From positions 35,920-99,919 of the forward strand of contig JAAXWX010000001.1 of NCBI GenBank assembly GCA_013334755.1: 64,000 bases of DNA, given 5' to 3'. This document shows positions 20,684-32,444 of this stretch, piece after piece. Below the pieces are notes generated by a model that was given only the letters and a program-made list of their open reading frames with translations, was not told the origin of the DNA and did not search any database. Each line of letters opens with the position of its first letter. Position 1 is the stretch's first letter. The stretch is from Chlorobiaceae bacterium (lineage in GTDB: Bacteria > Bacteroidota > Chlorobiia > Chlorobiales > Chlorobiaceae). A program made the translations under genes and the position numbers.

Positions 20684-21934
20684 TCAGTTTGTCTTGAGAT
20701 CAAGTGAACGGCTTTCAGCAATCAAGGCCGCCTTCCGTGCAGGATAGAGGCTTACAGCCAGACAAAGCAGGATGGCTGTAATGCCGACCGCAAAGAAATC
20801 ACCGGCCTGCATGTTGACCGGATAAGATTGTATAATAAAGGCGCTTTTTGAGGGAAGCTGTACGATACCGTAAAGTTCCTGAAGCTTGCAGACGCTCCAT
20901 GCTAAAATTGTTCCGGCGGCTGTTCCGGTAATTCCAGTCATACCTCCCTGAATGATGAAAATGGCCATGAACTGGGGTTTTTCCATTCCAAGGCAGCGGA
21001 GATAGAAGAGTTCACGCTGTTTGTCGATGGCGGTCATGGCAAGGGCTCCGGTAAGGCTCAGGGCGGCTACAAGAATAATGAGCATCAGCACGCTGAAACT
21101 CACCCACTTTTCAAGCTGCATCACGGCAAAGATATTGCTGTATTTTTCTTCGAGAGTGCGCACCTTGAAGCTTTTTTTCAATGGACTTTGTGCCAGCCAA
21201 TCCCTGAGGTTACCGTTGACGGCACTGCGAGATACCCCCTCCTTTCCCCTGATGTCAATACCTGAATACTCTCCCCTGCCGAAAAGCAGGATTTTCTGGG
21301 CAAACAGGCCGGAGGTGATAACATAGCGGTCATCAAATACTTTCTGCAAGGAAAAAAGTGAGGAAACGGTTGTTTCCGGAATGGCAAGTATCGGTATCAG
21401 ATATGGTTCCGACAACGATTCAAGGCCAAGTGAAATCAGTTCCGGGCTGAAAATCTTAACCTCCCTGAAGGGGTAGAGGTTTGTCCTGTAGGCGAGAAGT
21501 TCACCGACAGCAATGGTTTCAGGGGTAAAAAAAGGACGGGTTGCATGTGCTTGACGCATCAGCCGCCGGTGAGCTGTGTCGGTAAGTCCCTTGACAATGA
21601 CCAGTTCGCTTTTATTCCGGCTCGCCATAATGGCCTCTCCTTCAGAAAACGGCTCAGCAGATTCAACACCTTCGATGGCTCGTAACGATTGCAAAAGGCT
21701 GTCGGATACCTTCATGGTTCTGCCGTCAAGAGGAATAAACTGAACGGGGCTGTCAATAGTGATGAAAAGATCACGAGCAAGTTTCTGGAATCCATTCAAC
21801 ACGCTCATGACCACCAGCAGCGTGCTGACACCGATAACGATTCCGGCAAGACTGATTGCTGAAATAATATTGATAATCCGGAACCGTTTGCGGGCAAAAC
21901 TGAACCGTTTCGCTATCCATAAACCTGTTTTCAT
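20684..21934 (-). CDS. LolC/E (FtsX/MacB-like) lipoprotein-releasing ABC permease
   Basis: [36 protein letters not shown]. Confidence 0.88.
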   Translation of the reverse strand: MKTGLWIAKRFSFARKRFRIINIISAISLAGIVIGVSTLLVVMSVLNGFQKLARDLFITIDSPVQFIPLDGRTMKVSDSLLQSLRAIEGVESAEPFSEGEAIMASRNKSELVIVKGLTDTAHRRLMRQAHATRPFFTPETIAVGELLAYRTNLYPFREVKIFSPELISLGLESLSEPYLIPILAIPETTVSSLFSLQKVFDDRYVITSGLFAQKILLFGRGEYSGIDIRGKEGVSRSAVNGNLRDWLAQSPLKKSFKVRTLEEKYSNIFAVMQLEKWVSFSVLMLIILVAALSLTGALAMTAIDKQRELFYLRCLGMEKPQFMAIFIIQGGMTGITGTAAGTILAWSVCKLQELYGIVQLPSKSAFIIQSYPVNMQAGDFFAVGITAILLCLAVSLYPARKAALIAESRSLDLKTN

Positions 21935-21958
21935 ACCAGCGGCAATAACATTGATAGG

Positions 21959-23230
21959 TTAGGTCCCCAGTGCGGTTCCGGGTGTAAGCGAGGCTGCAAT
22001 CCGTGCGGGAATAAACGCAAAAAGCAGGGTAAGCGCCAGAACGGAGATGGATACTATGGCATAGTCAACAGGATCTATCAGAAGCGGAACATATTTAATG
22101 AAGTAGCTCTTTTCGGGCAGGGTGATAACATGATACCGGAGCTCGAAGAGCGAGATCGAGAGGGCCAGGATATTGCCGGCAGTTACCCCTGCAAGGGATA
22201 TAAGAAAGGCCTGAGCCATAAAAACAAGACTGATTTTACCGGGTTCAAGGCCCAGTGCGCTCAGCATGCCTATTTCACGGGTCTTTTCAATAATCAGCAC
22301 CAGAAGCGTGGAGATAATGTTGAAAACAGCCACGATGGTAATGGTTACAATCAGCAGTGGTGTAATGTTTTTCTGAAGCTTCAGCCATTCAAAGAGATTT
22401 GCATACCGCTCAAAAACCGTAAAGCCATAAAAGGGAAATCCAAGCACATTGACCAGCTCTTTCACCGTCTTTGGCAGTTGGTCAAGTTTGTGCACGTTGG
22501 CATCATAGCCACTGATCAAGAGAGGATTAAATCGCTGTTGAAGCTGTTTCAGATCGGCAAGCACGACAAAATCATCAAATCCCTCCTGCAGCCCCGTATC
22601 ATATATCCCCCGTATCACCCCAACTTCAAGGTCAAGAGAGGAAAGGAGTTCAACAATGTTTTTATTGCCGGCAATAAGCCTTGCGCCTGATTCGCTGCCT
22701 CCAAGACCGACAAGCATCACTTTTTTCCCTACCCTGAGATTGAGATTTTCTGCCAGGGTCTGTCCGGCATAGAGTGCAATACCGGTGCCGTTATCTTCAC
22801 CTTCAAGGTTTCCGGCCTGAAGAAATTTTTTCAGAAAGACTCTTCGCTGCTCCTCGCTGATTCCCTTGACGACAACCGGTTTGCTGCGCCAGGTATCATC
22901 AGGGCCTGAATTGCGGCTGCGAAGCACAAAGCTTTTCTCCAGAAAGGGTGAGACATCCGCAATGTTCTGATTGGCGGCTATCCTTGCAAGATCGGTGCGG
23001 CGTTCCTGAAAAAGCCGGTCTTCAGGATGTCGGATCTGCAGGTGGGCACTGAAGCTGATAAGCTTGTTTTCAACACTGCTGGCAAATCCCTGCACAATCG
23101 AGAGTGTCAGAATAAGTGCCGCCGTCCCTACGGCTATACCGATCACTGCAACCATAACGATGAAGGTTGGCTTTGATACCGATCGCTTTTTGAACGCAAA
23201 ACGCCTTGCAATGTAGAACTCGGGGTTCAT
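21959..23230 (-). CDS. LolC/E (FtsX/MacB-like) lipoprotein-releasing ABC permease
   Basis: FYIARRF, LSIVQGF, IEKTREIGMLSALG, FIPARIAA. Confidence 0.9.
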   Translation of the reverse strand: MNPEFYIARRFAFKKRSVSKPTFIVMVAVIGIAVGTAALILTLSIVQGFASSVENKLISFSAHLQIRHPEDRLFQERRTDLARIAANQNIADVSPFLEKSFVLRSRNSGPDDTWRSKPVVVKGISEEQRRVFLKKFLQAGNLEGEDNGTGIALYAGQTLAENLNLRVGKKVMLVGLGGSESGARLIAGNKNIVELLSSLDLEVGVIRGIYDTGLQEGFDDFVVLADLKQLQQRFNPLLISGYDANVHKLDQLPKTVKELVNVLGFPFYGFTVFERYANLFEWLKLQKNITPLLIVTITIVAVFNIISTLLVLIIEKTREIGMLSALGLEPGKISLVFMAQAFLISLAGVTAGNILALSISLFELRYHVITLPEKSYFIKYVPLLIDPVDYAIVSISVLALTLLFAFIPARIAASLTPGTALGT

Positions 23231-24519
23231 CCCGGTTTACAGTTTTCGCTGTTCATGGAGGTAAAGGTTACCACATTGTCCCTTCCGTTTGATTTTGCCC
23301 TGTAGAGTGCCCGGTCGGCATTGTTGATCAGGTTATGCCAGTCTGTGGCATCTGCGGGGAACGTTGCAATGCCGATACTTACAGTAAGCTCTCCTCCTGA
23401 CTGATTCTTTTCGTGCTGGAATGGTTCGGCACTGATAAGTTTACGCAGACGTTCAGCAATCTCCAGCGATGTGCCGGTATCTGTTTTTGGAAACAGAATT
23501 GCGAACTCTTCACCTCCAAACCTTGACGGAACGTCGTAAGCCCTGCATTGCGTGCTGATGATATCAGCAAGAGCTTTAAGTGCGCGGTCGCCCGCAATAT
23601 GACCATTGGCGTCATTGTACCGTTTGAAATAATCGATATCAATCATGGCGAGTGATACCTTTTCACCCTGGCGCTTGGAGCGTTCGACCTCGACTATCAG
23701 GTGCTCTTTGAAATGACGGTAGTTGTAGAGATTTGTCTTTTCGTCCCGAATGTGGAGTTCATCAAGTTTTTTGTTTTTGGCTTCAATATCGCCGCAAAAA
23801 CTCATGATCGACTGTGTAACCTGGGTTATGTCACTTGAGTACTCCGTCTCTGTTAAATCCTTTTTCATCTCCTCGGCAGTATCGTGAATACTTTCCGGTA
23901 TATTGCTGTTGATCAGTTTCAGCTGCCCGGCCAGCTGGGCAAGAGGAATGAGCGTCTGGCGGTAATTGTTGTGCAGCATCCAGCCTGCAACGATGCTCAG
24001 TGTGAGGAGTACGGCAAGAATAAAAAACAGAAAAAACTCATTGATAACAACAAGTTTGACTGAGGCATTTTTTGATTCAATTTTAGCTTTTTCAATACCT
24101 TTTTCAAGGTCAAGCCTGAACAGTTCAAGGTTTTGTGCGGTCGACATTGTCGGCCAGCTCTCTCTTGTAAGCTGCTTCGATGTAAAAGGCTTTAATCCAG
24201 CCTCATGCATCTCTGTGAGAAGTTTTTCGTACATAACGAACAGTGCTTCAGCACGCTGTTCATCCTTTATGGACAATTCTTCAGTTGCGATATGCAGGGA
24301 TTGCTGCGAGTTTCGGGACAGTTCAAACTCAACGAGTTTACCCCTGAAATCCAACAAGTCAAGATAACAGGTCTGTTTTTTCTTGACCGCGTCAAGCAGA
24401 TTTTGCTGCGTCACCAAAAACCCTGCCGTACCGGCAATGATAATAAACAAGCTTATCGTTCCGGTAAAAACAATGGCCTGTAACGGAGAGATTTTTTTTA
24501 TGGTATGCCTTCCAATCAT
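23227..24519 (-). CDS. Membrane-anchored diguanylate cyclase (GGDEF)
   Basis: Two TM segments flanking an extracytoplasmic region; DEKTNLYN, DIDYFKRYND..GH..GD, I-site RAYD and GGEEF active site. Confidence 0.93.
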   Translation of the reverse strand: MIGRHTIKKISPLQAIVFTGTISLFIIIAGTAGFLVTQQNLLDAVKKKQTCYLDLLDFRGKLVEFELSRNSQQSLHIATEELSIKDEQRAEALFVMYEKLLTEMHEAGLKPFTSKQLTRESWPTMSTAQNLELFRLDLEKGIEKAKIESKNASVKLVVINEFFLFFILAVLLTLSIVAGWMLHNNYRQTLIPLAQLAGQLKLINSNIPESIHDTAEEMKKDLTETEYSSDITQVTQSIMSFCGDIEAKNKKLDELHIRDEKTNLYNYRHFKEHLIVEVERSKRQGEKVSLAMIDIDYFKRYNDANGHIAGDRALKALADIISTQCRAYDVPSRFGGEEFAILFPKTDTGTSLEIAERLRKLISAEPFQHEKNQSGGELTVSIGIATFPADATDWHNLINNADRALYRAKSNGRDNVVTFTSMNSENCKPG

Positions 24520-24524
24520 TAGAA

Positions 24525-25493
24525 TTATTTCAGAATAATAGTCCTGTTAACAAGCCTGTAGGGGGCAAGCGAACTTCTTTCAAATGCTTTCTGCCCTCCT
24601 GAGCTTCCGAGCCATGAGCCAAATCCGGCAGCAAGCGCATCACCGGGATAATATACATAGTAAACAGTAGTAACAAGTGGATAGCGCCCGTCGAAGATAT
24701 TTTGCTGTGTTGGCAGGTATGCCGGAGTACCGCCTCCCCTTTTCGCAAGTGGTAGTATCCTGATGCTGTCGAAATTCTTTCCCTGTCTGAGTGCCATTTT
24801 CATCGCTGCATCAAAGGATGAGTGAAACAATACTCCGATGGCCCGCTTATCGGCTGCTACCCGTTCGATCAATTCACTGTCGCTGCTGCATGCCCATGGA
24901 TGCAGCTCTTCTCTCTTTTTCCCGGTTGTCGATGCAAGGAGAGAGAGAAGGCGAAAATCATCTGCCGTTATAAGAGGGGTCGCGCCCTTCTCCCCTTTTG
25001 CTGAAAAAAGAGCGCCAAGCTCATTGACAGAGAGCGTCAGCACTGGATTGCGGATATTGACAATACAGACAAGAGCTTCACGCGCAACTGGTTCACGGCG
25101 GATCGGCCGTTTCAGTTGTGCGAAAAGAGCGTCTTCACCGGCTTCAGGTTCCCCGCTGATCAATGCCGCCCTTACCTTGCCATCAAGAAGATGCTTAAGA
25201 CTCTTTCCTGAAGAGACCGGTTTGAGTGTTATTTTTGCTCCTGGATAATAGCGGCTGAACATCTCCGACTGACTCGCGGTTATCTCCTCAAACTGCCGAT
25301 CGAGTGCAAGAGTCATATTCCCGCTTCTGGCAGTTTCGGCATCTGGACGTTGCGTGCAGTTCAGCATCAGGAAAGCAGGAAAAAGAATAAACAGCCCCCC
25401 CATGATCTTCAAGGCTGCCCTATACATGGCTCTGTTCTTCACGATTATCCATCTTTTCGTTTTACCTGTTAACGGTTCTCTCTGTTGACTCAA
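24525..25493 (-). CDS. PstS-like periplasmic substrate-binding protein
   Basis: Signal/lipoprotein-like N-terminus, SSGKSLKHLLDGK, PVAREALVCIVN..NP, GRYPLVTTVYY; likely start ATG 25427. Confidence 0.75.
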   Translation of the reverse strand: MSQQREPLTGKTKRWIIVKNRAMYRAALKIMGGLFILFPAFLMLNCTQRPDAETARSGNMTLALDRQFEEITASQSEMFSRYYPGAKITLKPVSSGKSLKHLLDGKVRAALISGEPEAGEDALFAQLKRPIRREPVAREALVCIVNIRNPVLTLSVNELGALFSAKGEKGATPLITADDFRLLSLLASTTGKKREELHPWACSSDSELIERVAADKRAIGVLFHSSFDAAMKMALRQGKNFDSIRILPLAKRGGGTPAYLPTQQNIFDGRYPLVTTVYYVYYPGDALAAGFGSWLGSSGGQKAFERSSLAPYRLVNRTIILK

Positions 25494-25717
25494 TCGCTAA
25501 GATAAGGAGAAAAAAGATGTTGCCATAAAAATCGCATGGCATGTTACCGCGCTGAAAAAAAACCTTCCGATTCTTGAAAATCACGTAAAAAAGGTTAATA
25601 TTTCGGCCTTCCGGATCACCTGATGTATAAGTAATAGAGATATCCCCTTTTTTATATTGAAAACGTTTATTATAGCATATTCCTGAGATGACGACACCTG
25701 TATCGGAGAGATAGACA

Positions 25718-26722
25718 ATGCATTCAGTATCAATCATAGGAGCTTCGGGCTATTCCGGCGCTGAGCTGACAAGGCTTCTTCTTCATCATCCACGGGTCGA
25801 ACTTCAGGTGCTTTATGCTTTTTCCCAGGCAGGAAAACGTGTTTCGGATCTCTATCCCTCCCTTTCCTGTGAAAAGACATACCAGCCGTACGACGGAGAA
25901 CAGGTGAGTGATATTTATTTTCTTGCCCTTCCCCATGGTGAAGCACTTCAGTTTGTCCCGCCTCTTTTGGCGGCAGGAAAAACAGTGATCGACCTTTCCG
26001 GCGACTTCAGGCTGAAAAATCCGGTTGAACATGAGCAGTTCTACAAACAAGCCAAATCATCCGAAGCTGTGCTGACCTATGGGCTTGCTGAACTTTTTCG
26101 TGAAGAGGTCATCAAGGCAAAGGCAATCAGTAATCCAGGATGCTATGCGACAAGCATCATACTTGGTGTGGCTCCCCTTTTTCTTGGTACAGAAAGCTCA
26201 ATAAAGGTTCGTGCAATCAACTGCACCTCTACTTCCGGTATTTCCGGAGCTGGGCGCAGCAGCAAGACGGAGTTGTCGTTTTCGGAAATGAGTGAAAATG
26301 TAAGGGCATACAAGGTAGGATGCCATCAGCATACCCCTGAAATCATGCAGGCTCTCGGTACTTCTGCCATCAGCCCGTCGTTTGATTTTATCTTTACACC
26401 TATGATCGGCTCTCTGGTGAGGGGGATATACAGCATTCTTAACGTTCAGCTTGAGAGCCCCGCAGACTCAGAAAAGATCAAGGCGCTGTACAATGATTTT
26501 TACAAAAACGCACCATTTGTCAGGGTCCGCGACACGATGACCGAGGTAAAACATGTTACCCATACAAATTATTGTGATATCCATATTGCTCATTCAACAG
26601 CAAACGGTTCGCTGGTCATCGTCACTGCTCTTGACAACCTGCTGAAAGGCGCTGCAGGGCAGGCCGTCCAGAATATGAACCTCATGCTTGGTTTTGGTGA
26701 AACGACTGGATTATCCTTATAA
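25718..26722 (+). CDS. argC: N-acetyl-gamma-glutamyl-phosphate reductase
   Basis: [41 protein letters not shown]. Confidence 0.97.
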   Translation: MHSVSIIGASGYSGAELTRLLLHHPRVELQVLYAFSQAGKRVSDLYPSLSCEKTYQPYDGEQVSDIYFLALPHGEALQFVPPLLAAGKTVIDLSGDFRLKNPVEHEQFYKQAKSSEAVLTYGLAELFREEVIKAKAISNPGCYATSIILGVAPLFLGTESSIKVRAINCTSTSGISGAGRSSKTELSFSEMSENVRAYKVGCHQHTPEIMQALGTSAISPSFDFIFTPMIGSLVRGIYSILNVQLESPADSEKIKALYNDFYKNAPFVRVRDTMTEVKHVTHTNYCDIHIAHSTANGSLVIVTALDNLLKGAAGQAVQNMNLMLGFGETTGLSL

Positions 26723-26751
26723 TTTTATAACAATTAACGTCATACACTGCA

Positions 26752-28035
26752 TTGGAGAAAAACCGTAAAGGGCTTAAAGTCATCCGTGAGCTTTCTGCTG
26801 TAACTCCCTGGCCGGCATCGGTCACCCCTATGTCGGCGGACTCAGACGGAACTCATGGGTTCTGGCCTGCAGGTTTTACTGCGGGTTCTGTTTCTGCGGC
26901 CATAAAATATGACCGAGCAGATCTTATGCTGCTTGTTGCAAAAGCTCCCTCAAGCGCAGCAGCACTCTTTACCCGGAACCTTTGCTGTGCCGCTCCGGTA
27001 ATGCTTTCCCGTGAGCACCTGCAGCGTTCCCGCTCCCTGGTTCGTGCCATTATCTGCAACAGTGGTAATGCCAATGCAGCCACTGGTGAAAAAGGCATGG
27101 ATGACGCCCTGGCCATGGCTAATGCCATAGCACGAGAACTTGCCGTAAAACCTGAAGAAGTTCTTGTAGCATCAACCGGCGTCATCGGCCAGCTTTTGCC
27201 CATGGAAAGAGTGCTTGGCGGTATTTCAGCTATCCCCTGCAGCCTCCAGCATGATTCAGGCATTGATGCTGCCATGGCCATAATGACTACCGATACCTTT
27301 CCCAAATTTTTTACTCTGGAACTTCAGCTCTCGGCCGGGAGTGTCCGTCTGAGCGGTATAGCCAAAGGGTCAGGTATGATAAGCCCTAACATGGCGACCA
27401 TGCTTGCATTTCTTGCAACTGATGCGGCTATATCGCCCGCACTGCTTCAAAAAGCATTGAAAGAGGCAAATCGTAAAAGCTTCAACGCCATTACTGTCGA
27501 TGGTGATACAAGCACAAACGATATGGCAGCTATCCTTGCCAGCGGCACCGGTCCTGAAATCAAGGCACACAGCAGCGATTTCACTCTTTTCTGCGAAGCG
27601 CTTGAGGCGTTGATGACCTTTCTTGCCAAGCTCATTGTTATTGACGGGGAGGGTGCCACAAAACTTGTCGAGGTTACCGTCGAAGGGGCCGCCAATGACC
27701 GGGATGCCGAACTTGCAGCAAGAACCATAGCCCAGTCCAGTCTTGTCAAGACCGCCATTCATGGCGAAGATGCCAACTGGGGAAGAGTTATTGCTGCAGC
27801 GGGTCGCTCTGGAGCACTCTTTAATCAGGAAGAGCTCGAACTGTATTTTAACGATCTTTGTATTTTGAGACCAGGTCTCATTGCTGACTTCTCTGAAACA
27901 GCTGCTTCAGAGATTATGGCAAAAGATTCCTATACTATTACACTCCATCTTGGTTGCGGCCAGGGACGAGCAACCGTGTGGACCTGCGACTTGAGCAAGG
28001 AGTATGTCGACATAAACGGAAGCTACAGAAGCTGA
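26752..28035 (+). CDS. argJ: Bifunctional glutamate N-acetyltransferase/ornithine acetyltransferase
   Basis: [48 protein letters not shown]. Confidence 0.97.
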   Translation: MEKNRKGLKVIRELSAVTPWPASVTPMSADSDGTHGFWPAGFTAGSVSAAIKYDRADLMLLVAKAPSSAAALFTRNLCCAAPVMLSREHLQRSRSLVRAIICNSGNANAATGEKGMDDALAMANAIARELAVKPEEVLVASTGVIGQLLPMERVLGGISAIPCSLQHDSGIDAAMAIMTTDTFPKFFTLELQLSAGSVRLSGIAKGSGMISPNMATMLAFLATDAAISPALLQKALKEANRKSFNAITVDGDTSTNDMAAILASGTGPEIKAHSSDFTLFCEALEALMTFLAKLIVIDGEGATKLVEVTVEGAANDRDAELAARTIAQSSLVKTAIHGEDANWGRVIAAAGRSGALFNQEELELYFNDLCILRPGLIADFSETAASEIMAKDSYTITLHLGCGQGRATVWTCDLSKEYVDINGSYRS

Positions 28036-28070
28036 TACTTCCTTTAACAATCAAGAGCAATTTTTCCGCA

Positions 28071-28985
28071 ATGGACACTGTACCGTGCAATGAACTGAAT
28101 CCGGCAAGAAAAGCCCCCCATTCCGCTATCGGGCCTGTGCTTATTGAAGCCTTGCCTTATATCCGCAAGTTCGAAGGCAAAACCTTTGTCATTAAATATG
28201 GCGGTGCGGCCATGAAGGACGCCTGTCTCAAAAACAGTTTCGCCCAGAACGTCACCCTTCTGCGTAAAGTCGGCATCAAGATTGTTCTGGTGCACGGAGG
28301 AGGAGACGCTATAACAAAAACGGCTGAAAAACTTGGCCTTGCCTCTCGTTTCCTTCATGGACGCAGGGTAACAGACAAGGAGATGATCAATGTCATCCAG
28401 ATGACTCTCGCCGGTAAAGTCAACCAGGATATTGTCCAGTTGATCAGCGAACATGGAGGCAAAGCTGTAGGCGTTACAGGACTCGATGCCGACACCATCA
28501 GGGCTGTACCACACCCGAATGCTGAAACTCTTGGCCTTGTCGGAGAGGTGGAACAGATCAGCACTGTCTATATCGATTTACTTTGCCGGGCCGGACTGAT
28601 TCCTGTCATTGCTCCGATTGGATTCGACGACAAAGGCAATATCTACAATATTAATGCTGATGATGCGGCAAGCAGTATAGCTATTGCACTGAAAGCTGAA
28701 AAACTTATCTACGTCAGTGATGTCGAAGGCATTCATGTCGGTGAAAGAATCCTGAAAACCATCTGCAAAGCTGAAGCAGCTGATTTTATCGAACAGGGTA
28801 TTATTTCCGGAGGAATGATCCCGAAAGTACTCTCTGCATTCAAGACACTGGATGAAGGAGTCAGAAAAATTCATCTCATTGATGGAAAATCAACTCATTC
28901 GCTTCTGCTCGAAATATTCACACATGAAGGGGTCGGCACCCAGTTTATTTCAGAACAGGACAGTGAACAATCCCAAAACAGATAA
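28071..28985 (+). CDS. argB: Acetylglutamate kinase
   Basis: [29 protein letters not shown]; start placed at ATG 28071. Confidence 0.96.
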   Translation: MDTVPCNELNPARKAPHSAIGPVLIEALPYIRKFEGKTFVIKYGGAAMKDACLKNSFAQNVTLLRKVGIKIVLVHGGGDAITKTAEKLGLASRFLHGRRVTDKEMINVIQMTLAGKVNQDIVQLISEHGGKAVGVTGLDADTIRAVPHPNAETLGLVGEVEQISTVYIDLLCRAGLIPVIAPIGFDDKGNIYNINADDAASSIAIALKAEKLIYVSDVEGIHVGERILKTICKAEAADFIEQGIISGGMIPKVLSAFKTLDEGVRKIHLIDGKSTHSLLLEIFTHEGVGTQFISEQDSEQSQNR

Positions 28986-28989
28986 TGGA

Positions 28990-30006
28990 ATGGAAGAAGT
29001 TCAAATAAAAAAAGTCCCGGGAAAACGGGATTTTCTCGGCTTTACCGCTCTTGATGGCAGCAAAATTATAGAGTTGTTTGATTACTCCCTCTTTATCAAG
29101 AAAAAGAGAGCTGAAAGCCCTTCCCTGTCGGGGTTTCTGCCGCTGAGAGACAAAACCGTTGCCATGATCTTCAGCAAGCCCTCACTGAGAACACGGGTTT
29201 CATTTGAGATCGGTATTCATGAGCTCGGTGGATATGCCATCAACCTCGATGGTCAATCAATAGGACTCGGTTCACGCGAGTCCGTCAAGGATGTTGCACA
29301 GCTTCTTTCCCGCTATAATGACGCCATTGTTGCCCGTCTGCATGATCATGCCGTCATCGAAGGGCTTGCAGAAAATGCATCTGTTCCGGTCATCAATGCG
29401 CTGACCGATCTGTCGCATCCCTGTCAGATCCTTGCTGATGCGTTCACGCTCTACGAAAAATCCTTGTGGCATGAGGGAATCAAGGTTGTCTTTGTCGGTG
29501 ACGGCAATAATGTCGCCAATTCATGGATAGAGCTGGCCGGCTTGCTCCCCTTTCACTTTGTCGTTGCATGTCCGGAAGGATACACACCGGACAAAGCAGT
29601 GCTTGATGCCGCCAGGCAGAAGGGTATCAGCCGCATCGAGATTCTCCATGATCCAAAAGAGGCTGCCGCCAATGCCGACGTGCTCTATACCGATGTCTGG
29701 ACCAGCATGGGGCAGGAAAAGGAGGTCGAGGAACGCATGAGGATATTCTCGCCCTTTCAGATCAACAATGCCCTGCTTGCAGAGGCAAAACCCGGTGCGG
29801 TTGTGATGCACTGCATGCCGGCACACCGTGGTCAGGAGATAAGCGCTGAGGTTATGGACGGTCCGCATTCCATCATTCTTGATGAGGCTGAAAACCGCCT
29901 TCATGTCCAGAAAGCGCTGCTTGTCAAGCTTCTGAACCATGAAGAGTACCGGAAATTTCATCTGACCCACCGGCTTCTGAATGCTGCCAGAAAAATCAGG
30001 AGCTGA
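28990..30006 (+). CDS. argF: Ornithine carbamoyltransferase
   Basis: KPSLRTRVSF, HPCQILAD, GDGNNVANS, YTDVWTSMG, MHCMPAHRG; start placed at ATG 28990. Confidence 0.96.
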   Translation: MEEVQIKKVPGKRDFLGFTALDGSKIIELFDYSLFIKKKRAESPSLSGFLPLRDKTVAMIFSKPSLRTRVSFEIGIHELGGYAINLDGQSIGLGSRESVKDVAQLLSRYNDAIVARLHDHAVIEGLAENASVPVINALTDLSHPCQILADAFTLYEKSLWHEGIKVVFVGDGNNVANSWIELAGLLPFHFVVACPEGYTPDKAVLDAARQKGISRIEILHDPKEAAANADVLYTDVWTSMGQEKEVEERMRIFSPFQINNALLAEAKPGAVVMHCMPAHRGQEISAEVMDGPHSIILDEAENRLHVQKALLVKLLNHEEYRKFHLTHRLLNAARKIRS

Positions 30007-30020
30007 AGGATGGAACGACG

Positions 30021-30467
30021 ATGAACAAACATGCACGACAACTGAAAATCAGGGAAATTCTTCAACAGAACAGTGTCAGCAATCAACATGACCTTCTGCA
30101 GCTTCTCCGGGATTCCGGTATGGCGGTTGCCCAGGCCACCCTTTCGCGTGACTGCGCCGAACTCGGCATTATCCGCACTCGATCAAACGGCATCTATAAA
30201 ATGCTCTGTCCTGATGATGATGCCGACAAAATTATCAAGGGTCTCGTAGGAATTGAAGTGCTTTCAATCAACTCCAATGAAAGCTGTGTGATTATCATGA
30301 CCCTCCCGGGCCGGGCTCATGGCGTCGGCTCATGGCTCGATCAAAAGAAAAGCCCGCTCATACTCGGCACAATCGCCGGAGATGACACGGTTCTTGTTAT
30401 TCCGACTTCAATACTGAATATTTCAGCTTTGAAATCATATATTCATAAAAATCTTTCTAAAAAATGA
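30021..30467 (+). CDS. argR: Arginine repressor
   Basis: QATLSRD winged-HTH and GTIAGDDT C-terminal motif. Confidence 0.96.
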   Translation: MNKHARQLKIREILQQNSVSNQHDLLQLLRDSGMAVAQATLSRDCAELGIIRTRSNGIYKMLCPDDDADKIIKGLVGIEVLSINSNESCVIIMTLPGRAHGVGSWLDQKKSPLILGTIAGDDTVLVIPTSILNISALKSYIHKNLSKK

Positions 30468-30483
30468 AAATTCATTATAACGC

Positions 30484-31686
30484 ATGAGTAAGGAAAAAAT
30501 TGCAATAGCCTATTCCGGCGGACTCGATACCTCCATCATGATCAAGTGGCTGAAGGACAAGTATGATGCCGAAATCGTCGCCGTAACCGGTAATCTGGGC
30601 CAGCAGAAAGAGATTGAAAACCTCGAGTCGAAAGCGATCTCGACCGGAGCTTCAAAATTCCAGTTTATCGATCTGCGCAAGGAATTTGTTGAAGAATACA
30701 TCTGGCGTGCACTGAAAGCAGGAGCCCTCTATGAGGATGTCTACCCGCTTGCTACCGCACTTGGCCGCCCTCTGCTTGCAAAAGCACTGGTCGATACCGC
30801 ACTCGCCGAAGGATGCACCATGCTTGCACACGGCTGCACCGGAAAAGGAAATGACCAGGTACGGTTTGAAGTGACCTTCGCCTCACTTGCACCGCATCTT
30901 AAGGTACTTGCTCCCCTGCGTGAATGGGAATTCACCTCAAGAGAGGCTGAAATTGCCTATGCCCTTGAACACAACATTCCGGTCTCTGCCACCAAGAAAA
31001 GTCCCTACTCCATTGATGAAAACATCTGGGGTATCAGTATTGAGTGCGGTGTGCTTGAAGATCCGATGGTTGCACCTCCCGAAGATGCCTATCAGATCAC
31101 AACCTCTCCTGAAAATGCACCGAATACTCCGGCGGTTGTTGATATCGAGTTTGAAAAAGGCATTCCGGTCGCCCTTGACGGCAAAAAGATCAGCGGCCTT
31201 GACCTCATCATCCGCCTGAACGAAATCGGCGCAGCCAATGGTGTCGGACGTCTCGATATGATCGAGAACCGTGTTGTGGGGATTAAATCACGCGAAATTT
31301 ATGAGGCTCCGGCGGCAACCATTCTGCACTTCGCACATCGCGAACTTGAACGCCTCACGCTTGAAAAAACCGTTTTCCAGTACAAAAAGAACATCAGTCA
31401 GGACTACGCAAACATCATCTATAACGGACTCTGGTTCTCGCCAATGAGAAAAGCGCTCGATGCCTTTGTAGATGAAACACAAAACCCGGTAACGGGCCTT
31501 GTCCGCCTGAAGCTTTATAAGGGCGGCGTCTCCCTGCTTGGCAGAAACTCCCCGTACTCGCTCTATAACGAGGAACTTGCCACCTACACAGAAGCCGATA
31601 CCTTCAATCATAAGGCTGCTGCAGGCTTTATCCATCTTTATGGACTTGGTCTGAAAACATTCAGCCAGGTACATTCCGTGAAATAG
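30484..31686 (+). CDS. argG: Argininosuccinate synthase
   Basis: [48 protein letters not shown]. Confidence 0.98.
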   Translation: MSKEKIAIAYSGGLDTSIMIKWLKDKYDAEIVAVTGNLGQQKEIENLESKAISTGASKFQFIDLRKEFVEEYIWRALKAGALYEDVYPLATALGRPLLAKALVDTALAEGCTMLAHGCTGKGNDQVRFEVTFASLAPHLKVLAPLREWEFTSREAEIAYALEHNIPVSATKKSPYSIDENIWGISIECGVLEDPMVAPPEDAYQITTSPENAPNTPAVVDIEFEKGIPVALDGKKISGLDLIIRLNEIGAANGVGRLDMIENRVVGIKSREIYEAPAATILHFAHRELERLTLEKTVFQYKKNISQDYANIIYNGLWFSPMRKALDAFVDETQNPVTGLVRLKLYKGGVSLLGRNSPYSLYNEELATYTEADTFNHKAAAGFIHLYGLGLKTFSQVHSVK

Positions 31687-31704
31687 TACACGCCCTTTGT
31701 CAGT

Positions 31705-31743
31705 AAAACGCGCAGGCAGCTTTCTTGGTCTGCGCGTTTTTTG
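31705..31743 (+). terminator. Rho-independent terminator after argG
   Basis: aaaacgcgcag...ctgcgcgtttt hairpin with T tail. Confidence 0.85.
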
Positions 31744-31875
31744 TTAATCACTCTGCAGAAACACTCCCCTACAGTAAAAAAATCACAGCATCCGCCAGAT
31801 CATCGCTTGTATGGGCGTCGATGAATGCCGATATTACCCGTTACAACAAAACCTTTTAACAAAAGGAAAAAAGCA

Positions 31876-32079
31876 ATGAACAAACAAGCCGTCACTATGC
31901 TGGCGCTTCTTTCGCTCACCGCCGGCGCATACATGACTGGTTGCAGCCCGACCGTAAAGATAGAAGCTCCCGATAAACCAATTGTGATAAACATGAACAT
32001 CAAGATTGATCACGAAATCAGGATCAAGGTCGACCGTGAGCTTGACTCCCTGCTTGACACTAAAAAAGGCTTATTTTAA
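31876..32079 (+). CDS. ynbE: YnbE family lipoprotein
   Basis: Lipobox MTGC followed by PTVKIEAPDKPIVINMNIKIDHEIRIKVDRELD..LF; start ATG 31876 with AAGGA upstream. Confidence 0.9.
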   Translation: MNKQAVTMLALLSLTAGAYMTGCSPTVKIEAPDKPIVINMNIKIDHEIRIKVDRELDSLLDTKKGLF

Positions 32080-32096
32080 CCAGGAGGAACGGAACA

Positions 32097-32444
32097 ATGA
32101 GAACTCTACAATCGATAGCAATAAGGGCATCGGTGCTCATAATGCTGATTATGGGTTTGGCGGCAAGCGCCTTTGCGCTTGACCTTGAAACTGCCAGAAC
32201 GAAAGGACTTGCAGGTGAGGTTGACAACGGCCTTCTTGCTGCTCCTCCAGGAGCTGCAGCTGACGCAAAGGAATTGATGGTAACCATCAATAATTCCCGC
32301 CGCGCAGAGTATGCAAAAGTAGCAGCAAAAAACAATCTGACACTTGATGTCGTCGGGAGTATGATGTTCCAGAAAATCTACACCCGTCTTCCTGCAGGCA
32401 CATGGGTGCAGATCGAGGGAAAATGGACAAAGAAAACTCAGTAA
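32097..32444 (+). CDS. ydbL: YdbL (DUF1318) family periplasmic protein
   Basis: Signal peptide ending AFA-LDL, AGEVDNGLLA, INNSRRAEYAKVAAKN, W.Q..GKW. Confidence 0.88.
   Translation: MRTLQSIAIRASVLIMLIMGLAASAFALDLETARTKGLAGEVDNGLLAAPPGAAADAKELMVTINNSRRAEYAKVAAKNNLTLDVVGSMMFQKIYTRLPAGTWVQIEGKWTKKTQ

Noticed and set aside
25494-25717. ARG boxes upstream of argC (also before argJ and argG)
   Set aside because: Only poor partial matches to TGMAT-N4-ATKCA in AT-rich DNA; not distinguishable from chance
27954-28989. Extended N-termini of argB (27954) and argF (28852) in the ORF track
   Set aside because: They overlap the upstream genes and lack family similarity; downstream ATGs (28071, 28990) fit better
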